This document shows, one piece after another, positions 30,148 through 40,056 of a DNA stretch of 64,000 nt. The notes beneath the pieces are model-generated. The model had not been told where the DNA came from and did no database searches. It saw nothing but the letters and a program-made list of their open reading frames with translations. The stretch covers positions 109,451 to 173,450 of the forward strand of contig PLCJ01000002.1 of assembly GCA_003135635.1 (NCBI GenBank), in the 5' to 3' direction. The position numbers and the translations under genes are program-made. How positions within the stretch are numbered: the stretch's first letter is position 1; the number at the start of each line of letters is the position of its first letter. Source of the DNA: Candidatus Adlerbacteria bacterium (GTDB lineage: Bacteria; Patescibacteriota; Minisyncoccia; Phycocordibacterales; SBAW01).

Positions 30148-31365
30148 ATGCGCCCCACACGTTTCTTCCTAGAGAAAAAAGCTCCTCATTCTCTTGCTCG
30201 TGCGGGAGTGCTCCACACCCCACATGGCACGATTGCTACACCGGCTTTTATTGCGGTAGCGACCAAAGCAACACTCAAGGGCGTGCCGGTTAGTTACTTT
30301 CCTGAACTTAAAGTACAAGGGATCATCGCAAATACCTATCATTTATATCTCTCAGGGGAAAAAGCAATTGTTGCGGCCGGGGGTGTAGGCAAATTTATGG
30401 GCTTTTCGGGACCAACCATGACAGACTCTGGTGGTTTTCAGGTGTTTTCCCTTGGTGTGGGGTTTGGTAAAAAACTATCGAAGTTTCTGCCCAGGGAAGT
30501 GATAGCGCAGGAGGCAGTAGCGCTTTTTGATGAGGAACTTGCAACCTCTCACGGCAAGCTTGCTATTGTCGATGAAGAAGGAGTTTCTTTTACTTCTCAT
30601 CTGGATGGTTCTCTACATCGCTTTACTCCAGAGCGATCAATTGAAATTCAGCACGCCCTCGGGGCAGATATTCTTTTTGCTTTTGATGAGTGTACGGCAC
30701 CCACTGCGAAGTATGCCTATCAAGAAGAAGCGATGGAGCGTACCCATAGATGGGCGAGACGTAGTCTTGCTGCCCACCGCAGGAACATTGAGAAGGAACG
30801 TATTCAGGGGATCTGGGGCATCGTGCAAGGGGGCCGTTTTGAAGATTTGCGCATACACAGTGCGCGAGAACTTGCCGGTATGGATTTTGATGGATACGGC
30901 ATCGGGGGTTCTTTTAGTAAATATGACATCCTTGGCATTCTTAATACAGTGAATCAAGAACTGCCCCAGGAAAAACCACGGCATCTCCTCGGGATTGGAG
31001 AACCTGAAGATTTATTTATCGGCGTGGCGGCAGGCATTGATACGTTTGATTGTGTACTCCCCACACGAAACGGTCGCACCGGTGGTATTTATACTGAGGG
31101 GGGAAAAATTCAAATCCCCAACGCGCAGTATAGAAATGATTTCGGTCCTCTTGCTTTGGGCTGTGCGTGCCCGGTGTGTCGCATTCATACCCGCGCGTAC
31201 CTCAACCATCTCTTCGCCACGCGTGAGATGCTGGGGCCGGTCCTTGCGTCGATGCACAATCTCTACTTTTTCTCCCAGCTCATGGAGCGCATACGAGTTT
31301 CAATTCTTGAGGGAACATTTGAAGCGTTTCAAGAAGCATTTTTGTCTCAATACAAAGTGCGCTAA
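30148..31365 (+). CDS. tgt: tRNA-guanine transglycosylase
   Basis: NTYHL, TDSGGFQVFS, FDEC, VQGG, DTFDCV, CACPVC zinc site. Confidence 0.95.
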   Translation: MRPTRFFLEKKAPHSLARAGVLHTPHGTIATPAFIAVATKATLKGVPVSYFPELKVQGIIANTYHLYLSGEKAIVAAGGVGKFMGFSGPTMTDSGGFQVFSLGVGFGKKLSKFLPREVIAQEAVALFDEELATSHGKLAIVDEEGVSFTSHLDGSLHRFTPERSIEIQHALGADILFAFDECTAPTAKYAYQEEAMERTHRWARRSLAAHRRNIEKERIQGIWGIVQGGRFEDLRIHSARELAGMDFDGYGIGGSFSKYDILGILNTVNQELPQEKPRHLLGIGEPEDLFIGVAAGIDTFDCVLPTRNGRTGGIYTEGGKIQIPNAQYRNDFGPLALGCACPVCRIHTRAYLNHLFATREMLGPVLASMHNLYFFSQLMERIRVSILEGTFEAFQEAFLSQYKVR

Positions 31366-31374
31366 AGTGTCGAA

Positions 31375-33414
31375 ATGGCACGTTTTGCTATTACGGCTCC
31401 GTATACGCCGGCGGGAGATCAACCCAAAGCGATTGACGCGCTTTTTGAAGGGCTCAAAAAAGGTTCCCCGCATCAAACACTTTTAGGGGTGACCGGTTCT
31501 GGAAAAACCTTCACTATCGCAAATGTTATTGATCGCTTGCAGAAACCAACGCTCGTCATTGCACACAACAAAACGCTAGCCGCTCAGCTTACTCAAGAAT
31601 ATCGGGAGTTTTTTCCCAACAACGCCGTCCACTATTTTGTCTCTTACTATGACTATTATCAACCGGAGGCGTATCTCCCTACGAGCGATACCTATATAGA
31701 AAAAGAGGCCCAAATTAATAAAGAAATTGATCGACTACGCCACGCTTCAACGCAAGCACTCCTCACTCGCCCAGATGTCATTATCGTTGCATCCGTTTCT
31801 TGTATTTATGCTCTCGGTAGCCCTGAGGAGTATCGTCGGGTACATATGGAGTTGCGCGCGGGCATGAAAAAAAATCGTGCTGAGCTTATTCGGGAACTCG
31901 TCGGTTTATATTTTGAGCGTACCACCGCCGATCTCATGCCTGGTATGTTTCGCGCGCTTGGCAACAGCATTGAAATTATGCCGACCGGCGAGCAAATCTT
32001 ATACCGGATTGAATTTCAACAAGACACCATCGAGCGGGTACGCATTATTGATGCCATAACCCGCACAGAAAAAGAACCACTGCCGTTTTTATTTCTTTTT
32101 CCTGCCAAACATTACGTTACTCCCGAGCATGAGCGCGACCGTGCGATCAAAGATATTGAGCGTGAGCTCACCCAGCAGCTTCAGAAATTTGAGCGCTCCG
32201 GAAAAATTCTTGAGGCCGAACGGCTCAAGCGCCGTACGAATCATGATCTCGCCCTTATTCGCGAGATGGGGTATTGCAATGGAATAGAAAATTACTCCCG
32301 CCACTTCGACGGGCGTGCTCCCGGAGAGCCTCCGTATACGCTTCTTGATTATTTTCCACACACTCCACAGGGCAAAGCTGATTTTCTTACGATTATCGAT
32401 GAGTCTCATGTCACTGTGCCGCAAATTGGCGGTATGTATGCGGGGGACCGGTCGCGCAAAGAGACACTGGTGGAGCACGGGTTTCGGCTTCCTTCCGCTA
32501 TCGATAACCGGCCGCTTCAATTTGAGGAGTTTGAGAGTGCCATTGGTCAGGTGATTTATACCTCTGCGACCCCAGGACCCTATGAGCGGGAAACCTCAAA
32601 AAAAACTATGGTCGAGCAAATTATTCGCCCCACCGGTCTTATTGATCCGGAAGTGATCGTGCGACCGATAACCGGGGTGCTGGGTGCAGTGCAGGGACAA
32701 GTGGAAGACCTTCTTAAGGAGGCTGAGGGGGTTATTTCCAAAGGCGCTCGGGTACTGATTACCACGCTTACCAAAAAAATGGCGGAGGATCTCTCAGATT
32801 TTCTTAAAGATCGAGGTTTAAAAACGGCATACCTACACAGCGACGTGCAAACTCTTGACCGCATCACTACGCTCACAGGTCTGCGCAAGGGAGAGTTTGA
32901 TGTATTGGTGGGTGTTAACCTGCTTCGCGAGGGACTGGACCTGCCGGAGGTTGAGTTGGTCGCTATCTTGGACGCCGATAAGCAAGGATTCTTACGCTCG
33001 GAGACTTCACTTATTCAAACCATTGGGCGAGCAGCGCGAAACGTCAACGGGCGTGTTATTTTATATGCCGATCAAATGACTGGCTCGCTCACAAGGGCAA
33101 TTGATGAAACGAACCGACGCCGTGCATTGCAACACGCATACAATGAAGAGCACGGTATTACACCGCAGACGATTCGAAAAAATATCAAAGATATCACCGA
33201 AGAGTTGCGAAGCGATCACGCCAAAGCGGTAGGGGTCATGTTTACGATAGATAAGGATCTCTATGCAAAAAATCCTAAAAAATTTATTGTCGAAAAACGT
33301 CGCCAGATGATTGATGCGGTCAAAGAGCTCGACTTTGAAACTGCAGCACTTCTGCGTGATGAAATCTATGCTCTGACAGGAGAGGGAAGAGTAAAAAAGA
33401 AAGTAGGTGCCTAA
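31375..33414 (+). CDS. uvrB: Excinuclease ABC subunit B
   Basis: GVTGSGKT, YYDYYQPEAY, DESH, GRAARN, C-terminal UVR. Confidence 0.98.
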   Translation: MARFAITAPYTPAGDQPKAIDALFEGLKKGSPHQTLLGVTGSGKTFTIANVIDRLQKPTLVIAHNKTLAAQLTQEYREFFPNNAVHYFVSYYDYYQPEAYLPTSDTYIEKEAQINKEIDRLRHASTQALLTRPDVIIVASVSCIYALGSPEEYRRVHMELRAGMKKNRAELIRELVGLYFERTTADLMPGMFRALGNSIEIMPTGEQILYRIEFQQDTIERVRIIDAITRTEKEPLPFLFLFPAKHYVTPEHERDRAIKDIERELTQQLQKFERSGKILEAERLKRRTNHDLALIREMGYCNGIENYSRHFDGRAPGEPPYTLLDYFPHTPQGKADFLTIIDESHVTVPQIGGMYAGDRSRKETLVEHGFRLPSAIDNRPLQFEEFESAIGQVIYTSATPGPYERETSKKTMVEQIIRPTGLIDPEVIVRPITGVLGAVQGQVEDLLKEAEGVISKGARVLITTLTKKMAEDLSDFLKDRGLKTAYLHSDVQTLDRITTLTGLRKGEFDVLVGVNLLREGLDLPEVELVAILDADKQGFLRSETSLIQTIGRAARNVNGRVILYADQMTGSLTRAIDETNRRRALQHAYNEEHGITPQTIRKNIKDITEELRSDHAKAVGVMFTIDKDLYAKNPKKFIVEKRRQMIDAVKELDFETAALLRDEIYALTGEGRVKKKVGA

Positions 33415-33475
33415 GAGCAATATGTCCTTTTGGTGTCTAACGTAGTATTCTCTTGTTGGAAAGGAGGGAGTCGCT

Positions 33476-33994
33476 ATGGCCCTCATAATTGGCGGCAAAC
33501 CCAAACGCCAGCTTCTGCGGGAATTAAAAGAAGGCGGTTTCCTGGTGGCTGATGAAGCTCGAGACATTATCATTAACCATGCGTTCACGACGCTTCCTGA
33601 AACCGAACTAATCGACGACCTCGGAATTGTCATCGTGCGAGATCTGGGTAGTTTTCCTGAGAGAGAGCCAACGACAGGTCAACTATGGGCTCGCATACGT
33701 GAATCGGGATATGGTCTCTGTCCAGCGGAAACCGCTCTCCACCTGCGTCTTCAAGGAGATCAGGGACACGGCAACTACTGCTGGATGGCGATGGAGCGGG
33801 TCGCTGGTTCCAAGGGTAATCTGTACGTATTCACTCTCCGGCGTGGTAACGATGGCAAGCTTTGGCTTGATGTCGAGCGTGCCAATCCGGGTGATCCGTG
33901 GCGTATTAACAGCTGTCTCATCGTCCGTCTGCAGTCCCATGACCGAAGGCCAGCAACATGGGGTTCTTCCGATCTCATGTCAGTTCCCGTATGA
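33476..33994 (+). CDS. Hypothetical protein resembling CPR DGR-target (CLec-like) family
   Basis: SD AAGGAGG; LCPAE..LHLRLQ...WMAME...VF...LWL...P...W C-terminus; terminator 34014-34041. Confidence 0.6.
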   Translation: MALIIGGKPKRQLLRELKEGGFLVADEARDIIINHAFTTLPETELIDDLGIVIVRDLGSFPEREPTTGQLWARIRESGYGLCPAETALHLRLQGDQGHGNYCWMAMERVAGSKGNLYVFTLRRGNDGKLWLDVERANPGDPWRINSCLIVRLQSHDRRPATWGSSDLMSVPV

Positions 33995-34013
33995 ACTTCG
34001 GTTCACAAGCACC

Positions 34014-34052
34014 AGGTCCTGTCGCATCGCGCACAGGACCTACTTTGTTTTT
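34014..34052 (+). terminator. Intrinsic terminator
   Basis: AGGTCCTGT/ACAGGACCT stem plus U-rich tail. Confidence 0.7.
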
Positions 34053-34151
34053 ATATATACGTTTATTAATAAAATCGATGGAAGATCGAAAGATTACACT
34101 TTCCCTAGTGGATGATGTTAGAAACTATTGGAAAAAGAGAAGTAACTATAT

Positions 34152-34180
34152 AAAAAAGAAGCGTCGACAAAAGCCGACGC
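34152..34180 (-). terminator. Terminator after tRNA-like element
   Basis: GCGTCGGC-TTTT-GTCGACGC then TTCTTTTTT on minus strand. Confidence 0.75.
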
Positions 34181-34189
34181 TGTGTAACT

Positions 34190-34266
34190 CTCCGGTGAAG
34201 GGAATCGAACCCTCGACGGCTGGTTTTTTTAATCATCCGGCCACTCTACCACTGAGCTACACCGGA
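34190..34266 (-). ncRNA. tRNA-Asn-like element with aberrant 13-nt anticodon loop (pseudo-tRNA or tRNA mimic)
   Basis: TCCGGTG/CACCGGA acceptor, G73, intact D arm and TTCGATT T loop; anticodon arm GCCGG-ATGATTAAAAAAA-CCAGC. Confidence 0.8.
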
Positions 34267-34274
34267 ACGTTTAT

Positions 34275-34376
34275 GGCGGTCAGGGACAGTTGAGTTTTCA
34301 GCTCTCAGTGAATGCGAGAAAAGCGCCCGCTTCGGGGTCCACCTTACTATCTACGCTCACACTGTCCCTGACCTGC
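34275..34376 (-). ncRNA. Candidate structured ncRNA (about 100 nt)
   Basis: Perfect 13-bp terminal stem 34278-34290/34361-34373; TTGACA-17-CATCAT places +1 at stem start. Confidence 0.55.
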
Positions 34377-34551
34377 ATCGTATGATGCTTGGCACACTGG
34401 CTCTTGTCAATCAAAAGTATCCGCATCCATCTCTAAACAGCGTTTTCATTGAGTTGCAACATGTTTTAGGAAAGTTAATGTGCTATACTACCTTCTTACA
34501 TACCCCCTCGGAGCAACCGTGGGGCGTATTCCGTGTTTAAAACACCTCACT

Positions 34552-37149
34552 ATGGAAGACTACATACATATAAAAGGAGCAAAAACGCACAATCTCAAGA
34601 ATATCTCTCTTACCATTCCACGCAACAAAATGGTGGTATTTACGGGACTTTCTGGCTCGGGTAAATCCTCCTTAGCTTTTGATACTATTTTTGCCGAGGG
34701 GCAGCGCCGGTATATCGAATCGCTTTCTGCCTATGCCAGGCAGTTTTTGCGCCAAATGCAAAAGCCCGATGTGGAAGAAATCACCGGACTTTCGCCAGCC
34801 ATTTCTATCGATCAGAAAAGTCGATCCAATAATCCCCGTTCAACCGTGGCAACGATCACGGAAATCTATGACTACCTACGTATTCTTTTCGCGCGCGTGG
34901 GCAAGCCACACTGCCTTATATGTGGGAGAGAAATTAAGAAACATTCCAATGAAGAAATAGTACAAAGTGTGGTGGAGGGTGTCATGAAATCTACACCTAA
35001 AAAAACTCGCAAGATAATGAACATAGATGTTGTCGAAGACACTGTCAAGATTTTTTCCCCGGTGGTTGTTGGTCGAAAGGGGGAATATTATCAGATGCTT
35101 TATGATCTTCTTAATAAAGGGTTTGAAAAAGTGACTATTGATGGAAAATTCATGAGTTTGCGTGAACGAGTAGTACTTGAAAAAAATAAGAAACACGATA
35201 TTGATGTTCTTATTGATGAAATACTTGTCACTGAATTTACAAGAAATCACCAAGCTGCTTTGGAGCGTCTCTCAGAAGCAGTCGAACGGGCGCTTCACGA
35301 AAGCGGGGGACTGGTAAAAATCGAAGACATGCACGGTACGCGTTTAGTCTCAGCAAAGTTCATGTGCGCTTACGATGGTTTCTCATTTCCTGAAGTTGAA
35401 CCGAGACTATTCTCTTTCAATTCTCCCTATGGGGCATGTCCGGAGTGCAACGGTCTCGGGACAAAGCATTTTTGGACTGACGAGGAGTGCCCGGTGTGCC
35501 ATGGCCTGCGTCTGCGGCCTGAGGCACTGAGTGTCTTTATCGGAGAGAAGACTGGGGCAACGCATGGAAAAAATATTGTTGACATAACGCAACTTGCTAT
35601 TGGGGATGCCTTTGCTTTTTTTAATGCCCTTGAACTTTCAAAAAAAGACAAGGAAATTTCAAAAACAGTTGTCAAAGAGATCTCTGCTCGGTTGAAATTT
35701 ATGCTTGATGTGGGGCTTGATTACCTCACTTTGGACCGCAAAGCAAACACGCTCTCCGGTGGAGAAGCGCAGCGCATCCGTCTTGCCTCTCAACTAGGCT
35801 CTGGGCTCGTAGGAGCGCTCTACGTACTTGATGAACCCACCATCGGACTTCATCAGCGCGATAACGAACGCCTTATCAAAACACTGCTTAACCTGCGGGA
35901 CCTCGGTAATACCATTATTGTTGTTGAGCACGATGAAGATACCATCTACTCGGCGGATTACTTGGTTGATATAGGCCCTGGTGCGGGGGTACACGGCGGC
36001 CAGATTGTCGTTTCCGATTATTTAGAGAAACTGCTGACTGCGAAGAAAAACGATAGCGGTTCTGTGACACTTGCATATTTGCGCGGAGAAAAGATGCTGC
36101 CGGTTCCAGAAAAGCGACGCAGTGGCGATAAGGGAGCGATAAAAATCCGCGGTGGATCGGCATTCAATATCAATAATCTTTCCGTTGACATCCCGCTTGG
36201 CAGGCTTATTGCCGTTACCGGGGTATCTGGTTCAGGGAAATCAACATTTCTCTACGAGATAGTGCACGAAAATCTAAAAGCACGCTTTGACAAGCGCTAT
36301 CGCAGCAACAAAGTGCATAATGCTTCCCGGGTGGAAGGGTTGGAATATCTTTCCCGAGCGATCCTTATTGATCAATCAGCAATCGGGCGCACTCCGCGCT
36401 CAAATCCAGCGACCTATACCGGCACGTTTACTTTCATTCGTGACTTATTTGCTTCAACTCATGAGGCGCGTGCACGTGGCTGGAAGGCAGGTCGGTTTTC
36501 TTTCAATGTGCCACAAGCGCGCGGTGGCGGTCGGTGCGAAGCATGCGAAGGGAACGGTACGCTCGCCATTGAGATGCACTTTCTTCCGACGGTGTATGTC
36601 ACCTGTGACATATGCGGGGGCAAGCGGTTTATGAAAGAGACGCTTGAGGTGAAGTATAAAAAGAAAAATATTTATGATGTGCTCAAAATGACTGCGGAAG
36701 ACGCACTGCAGTTTTTTAATGATATCCCGCCGATTTATGATCGGCTTAAGGCTCTGGAGGAAGTGGGACTTGGCTATCTGGAGTTAGGACAAAGCGCCAC
36801 AACTCTCTCCGGTGGGGAAGCACAGCGGGTAAAAATTGCTTCTGAGCTCTACCGTCCACATCTGCAAAAAACGATCTATCTTCTTGATGAACCTACGGTG
36901 GGTCTTCATTATGAGGATGTGGCAAAACTTATCGATATACTCAACCGTCTCGTTTCGGCAGGTAATACCGTCATGCTCATTGAGCACAACATGGACATTA
37001 TCAAAAGCGCCGACTGGGTGCTCGATTTTGGGCCCGATGGGGGAGCTCAGGGTGGCAGACTCATTGCAAAAGGAACACCGGAAGATATTGCCAACACCAA
37101 AGACTCCCACACTGGGTACTATCTTAAAAAGGCGCTCAGGGGAACATGA
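34552..37149 (+). CDS. uvrA: Excinuclease ABC subunit A (short form)
   Basis: Two ABC modules [21 protein letters not shown] twice, zinc fingers. Confidence 0.98.
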   Translation: MEDYIHIKGAKTHNLKNISLTIPRNKMVVFTGLSGSGKSSLAFDTIFAEGQRRYIESLSAYARQFLRQMQKPDVEEITGLSPAISIDQKSRSNNPRSTVATITEIYDYLRILFARVGKPHCLICGREIKKHSNEEIVQSVVEGVMKSTPKKTRKIMNIDVVEDTVKIFSPVVVGRKGEYYQMLYDLLNKGFEKVTIDGKFMSLRERVVLEKNKKHDIDVLIDEILVTEFTRNHQAALERLSEAVERALHESGGLVKIEDMHGTRLVSAKFMCAYDGFSFPEVEPRLFSFNSPYGACPECNGLGTKHFWTDEECPVCHGLRLRPEALSVFIGEKTGATHGKNIVDITQLAIGDAFAFFNALELSKKDKEISKTVVKEISARLKFMLDVGLDYLTLDRKANTLSGGEAQRIRLASQLGSGLVGALYVLDEPTIGLHQRDNERLIKTLLNLRDLGNTIIVVEHDEDTIYSADYLVDIGPGAGVHGGQIVVSDYLEKLLTAKKNDSGSVTLAYLRGEKMLPVPEKRRSGDKGAIKIRGGSAFNINNLSVDIPLGRLIAVTGVSGSGKSTFLYEIVHENLKARFDKRYRSNKVHNASRVEGLEYLSRAILIDQSAIGRTPRSNPATYTGTFTFIRDLFASTHEARARGWKAGRFSFNVPQARGGGRCEACEGNGTLAIEMHFLPTVYVTCDICGGKRFMKETLEVKYKKKNIYDVLKMTAEDALQFFNDIPPIYDRLKALEEVGLGYLELGQSATTLSGGEAQRVKIASELYRPHLQKTIYLLDEPTVGLHYEDVAKLIDILNRLVSAGNTVMLIEHNMDIIKSADWVLDFGPDGGAQGGRLIAKGTPEDIANTKDSHTGYYLKKALRGT

Positions 37150-37162
37150 AGCAGATTTTGCT

Positions 37163-38437
37163 ATGACACTTCAAGAGTTTAAAAAGAAAAGCAGTCGCAT
37201 GCCCGATACGCCGGGGGTGTATTTTTTTCTTGGCAGCCGTAAAGAAACGCTCTATATCGGCAAAGCAACCAGTCTGCGAAGCCGTACGCGCAGTTATTTT
37301 TCAGGTGATCTCGCGCATACCCGTGGCGTTTTTGTCGCCTCGATGGTCGCGCGGGCGCGAGGACTTGATTGGAGAGAAACCGATTCGGTCCTCGAAGCCC
37401 TTATCCTTGAGGCAAACCTTATCAAGCACTACAAACCGCACTACAACACACTCGCCAAAGATGATAAGAGTTTTAATTACGTGGTTATTACCAAAGAGGC
37501 TTTCCCGCGCGTGCTTTTGGTGCGTGGAAAGAATCTCGAGACAGAATTTCCTGCGCACTCTCGCGGGTATCTCTTTGGTCCCTTTCCCCATGGGCTTCAG
37601 TTGCGCGAGGTCCTCAAACTTATTCGGAAGATTTTTCCGTACCGCGACAGCTGTACGCCTGCCCCCGATGCACTCTTGCAAGGCAAAAACCCCAAAGCAT
37701 GCTTTAACCGGCATATCGGGCTGTGCCCCGGTGTGTGCTCAGGGGAAATAGCATCTATGGAATATCGCCGCATCGTGCGGCATATCGTGCTCCTTTTTCA
37801 AGGAAAAAAGAAAGAACTTTTGAGAATGCTACAGCGGGAAATGAAACTCGCGGTGAAAAATGAAGCGTTTGAACGCGCAGGGGTGCTGCATAGGCAGATT
37901 TTTGCCCTCACGCATATCCAAGATGTCTCCCTCATTAAAGAGGAATATCATCGACCGCCGACCAGCAGCATCCGTCGCATTGAAGCCTATGACATCGCGC
38001 ACCTACAGGGCTCGGCTAACGTGGGCGTCATGGTGGTGGTTGAAGACGGTTTGGCGCAGAAAGGGGAGTACCGCAAATTCCGGATTCGCTCTGCAAAGTC
38101 GGGCGATGATATTGGGGCTTTGAAGGAAGTGCTTACGCGACGCTTGGAGCACAATGAGTGGCCGCTTCCACAGCTCATTGTTGTTGATGGCGCTATGGCG
38201 CACATTAAAGCTGCACGCAGTGTACTTACCCACTACGGCGTAGGTATACCCGTTATTAGTGTGGTGAAAGATGAAAAACATCGTCCGCGGGGGATTACGG
38301 GTCTGCGCGATCAAGCTCTCGGGGGCCTCAGTATCAAAATAGATGAGCGAGAGATTCTTTTGGCAAATGCAGAAGCGCATCGCTTTGCGATTGGCTATCA
38401 TCGCAGAGTAAGTCGCCAGGAAAAAGGTATATACTAA
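37163..38437 (+). CDS. uvrC: Excinuclease ABC subunit C (no HhH tail)
   Basis: GIY-YIG (GVY...YIGKA), UVR, RIEAYDIAH, PQLIVVDG. Confidence 0.92.
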   Translation: MTLQEFKKKSSRMPDTPGVYFFLGSRKETLYIGKATSLRSRTRSYFSGDLAHTRGVFVASMVARARGLDWRETDSVLEALILEANLIKHYKPHYNTLAKDDKSFNYVVITKEAFPRVLLVRGKNLETEFPAHSRGYLFGPFPHGLQLREVLKLIRKIFPYRDSCTPAPDALLQGKNPKACFNRHIGLCPGVCSGEIASMEYRRIVRHIVLLFQGKKKELLRMLQREMKLAVKNEAFERAGVLHRQIFALTHIQDVSLIKEEYHRPPTSSIRRIEAYDIAHLQGSANVGVMVVVEDGLAQKGEYRKFRIRSAKSGDDIGALKEVLTRRLEHNEWPLPQLIVVDGAMAHIKAARSVLTHYGVGIPVISVVKDEKHRPRGITGLRDQALGGLSIKIDEREILLANAEAHRFAIGYHRRVSRQEKGIY

Positions 38438-38441
38438 AGCA

Positions 38442-39422
38442 ATGCGAGAAGTCGTTGGCGTACTGCGCGGCGGCCCATCAAGCGAGTACGAGGTGTCCCT
38501 GAGAAGTGGCGCCACAGTGCTTGAGGCCCTTGATCGAGAAAAATACGATCCGCGCGACATTTTTATCGATCGCTTGGGCGTGTGGCATACAGCCGGCATT
38601 CCTGGTACCCCCGAGCGTGTGTTGCGGGGGGTGGATGTAGTATTTAATGCGCTTCACGGCGAATACGGAGAAGACGGAAAAGTGCAGCGTACGCTTGATG
38701 CGCTTGCTATCCCCTATACCGGGTCAGGTGCCGCTCAATCAGCTGTTGCTTTCAATAAGCAGCGCACCAAAGAAGCGCTCAAAACGTTTGGAATCAAAAT
38801 GCCCCATAGCATCCTTGTGCGACCCGAGGGGGATAGCGAAGCGCTTGCTCTTAAAATATTTCGCTCGTTTCCACATCCGGCAATCGTAAAGCCCGGCAGC
38901 GGAGGTTCTTCCGTGGGAATAACCATTGCAGATAATTTTCATGCGCTTCAACGGGGACTTGAGTATGCCGCTCGCGTATCACCCCAGGTGCTGGTCGAGG
39001 AATTTATCAAGGGGAGGGAAGCAACGGTAGGAGTAATCGATTCATTCCGCAATGAACACACGTATGCGCTCATGCCTGTTGAAATTATTCCGGCCTCGCA
39101 CCGACCGTTTTTTGATTATGAAGCAAAGTATGGCGGAGAGACGACTGAACGGGTACCCGCTCACTTTACGTCTCACGAAAAACAAGAGCTTACAAACCTC
39201 GCGCGTCAAGTGCATGAAGGATTAGAGCTTTCCCACTACTCTCGCTCAGATTTTATGGTAAGTAAGCGGGGCATTTATTTTTTGGAAGTAAATACACTGC
39301 CTGGTCTTACCAAAGAATCCCTTCTTCCGAAAGCCTTGCATGCCGTGGGAGCAAAACTTTCAGATTTTTTTGATCATGTTATTTCCCTTGCGCGTGGCAG
39401 GAGAAGAACCCAGCAAGCTTGA
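38442..39422 (+). CDS. ddl: D-alanine--D-alanine ligase
   Basis: GGPSSEYEVSL, LHGEYGEDG, DYEAKY, EVNTLPG. Confidence 0.96.
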   Translation: MREVVGVLRGGPSSEYEVSLRSGATVLEALDREKYDPRDIFIDRLGVWHTAGIPGTPERVLRGVDVVFNALHGEYGEDGKVQRTLDALAIPYTGSGAAQSAVAFNKQRTKEALKTFGIKMPHSILVRPEGDSEALALKIFRSFPHPAIVKPGSGGSSVGITIADNFHALQRGLEYAARVSPQVLVEEFIKGREATVGVIDSFRNEHTYALMPVEIIPASHRPFFDYEAKYGGETTERVPAHFTSHEKQELTNLARQVHEGLELSHYSRSDFMVSKRGIYFLEVNTLPGLTKESLLPKALHAVGAKLSDFFDHVISLARGRRRTQQA

Positions 39423-39451
39423 TACAAATAACTCGAATCCTATTGTTTAGA

Positions 39452-39494
39452 GAAATAAAGAAGCCCCGCCGAAGCAAGACTACTTCAAGCGGGA
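39452..39494 (-). repeat. 43-nt terminator-like repeat, copy 1
   Basis: Reverse complement matches 56571-56613 at 42/43 positions. Confidence 0.92.
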
Positions 39495-39495
39495 C

Positions 39496-39714
39496 TCAAT
39501 ACAGAACTGGTGTCGTATTGCGGTTCGACGGGTCATTGGCCTGAACGATGCCAGCGATGTGCCTGATGCGACAAGGCTCGCTGTCACCGTTATCGAGACG
39601 CTCAACGATGAAAAATTCGCTCTGAGAACCGACCAACGTGATTCTCGCCTGAAACGGCTTTTCGTCGCTCAAAGGTCGTTCGATCAGGACGATGTCACCG
39701 AAATCATAGAACAT
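39496..39714 (-). CDS. ORFan (72 aa, beta-rich)
   Basis: TTGACA-16-TACAAT promoter, TGATCTTTTAACA, SD GAAAGGAG, terminator right after stop. Confidence 0.7.
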   Translation of the reverse strand: MFYDFGDIVLIERPLSDEKPFQARITLVGSQSEFFIVERLDNGDSEPCRIRHIAGIVQANDPSNRNTTPVLY

Positions 39715-39916
39715 TTTTTGTCTCCTTTCGTGGAAAACGGTATGTTAAAAGATCATGCGCCCCTATTGTACCATATACAATATACTTGTCAAGTAATACA
39801 AAAAGCCCATAGATAGGGCCATTTAATCAGAACCAAACGATCTTCTACCCCTGCGATGCGGGACTCGGATTTAAACCATACATAAGGTTTTGATACTAAA
39901 TAATGTTCTGAAATTG

Positions 39917-39989
39917 TGGACCCGAGGAGATTCGAACTCCTGACCTCCTCGTTGCAAACGAGGCGCTCTACCAACTAAGCTACGGGCCC
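39917..39989 (-). tRNA. tRNA-Ala(TGC)
   Basis: Cloverleaf, G3-U70, anticodon loop TT-TGC-AA. Confidence 0.96.
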
Positions 39990-40056
39990 TCTGGTATACT
40001 GTAGTAAATTATCCACACATTGCAATTCTCTCTAAAATTTTTATACTGAATTTCAT

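Noticed and set aside
33958-34293. 111-aa ORF and other ORFs spanning tRNAs (39789, 43976, 51190)
   Set aside because: Shadow frames across tRNA or terminator sequences
34275-34376. SRP (4.5S) RNA or 6S RNA
   Set aside because: No CAGG-GNRA-AGCAG helix-8 motif; too short and lacks the rod shape expected of 6S
36836-37162. N-terminal extensions in the ORF track (uvrC; also msrA, sigma, CAP, FKBP, atpB, atpH)
   Set aside because: Overlap neighbouring genes or promoters; downstream ATGs fit family starts and -10 spacing
39559-39816. 85-aa plus-strand ORF
   Set aside because: The opposite-strand ORF 39496-39714 has the promoter, SD and terminator
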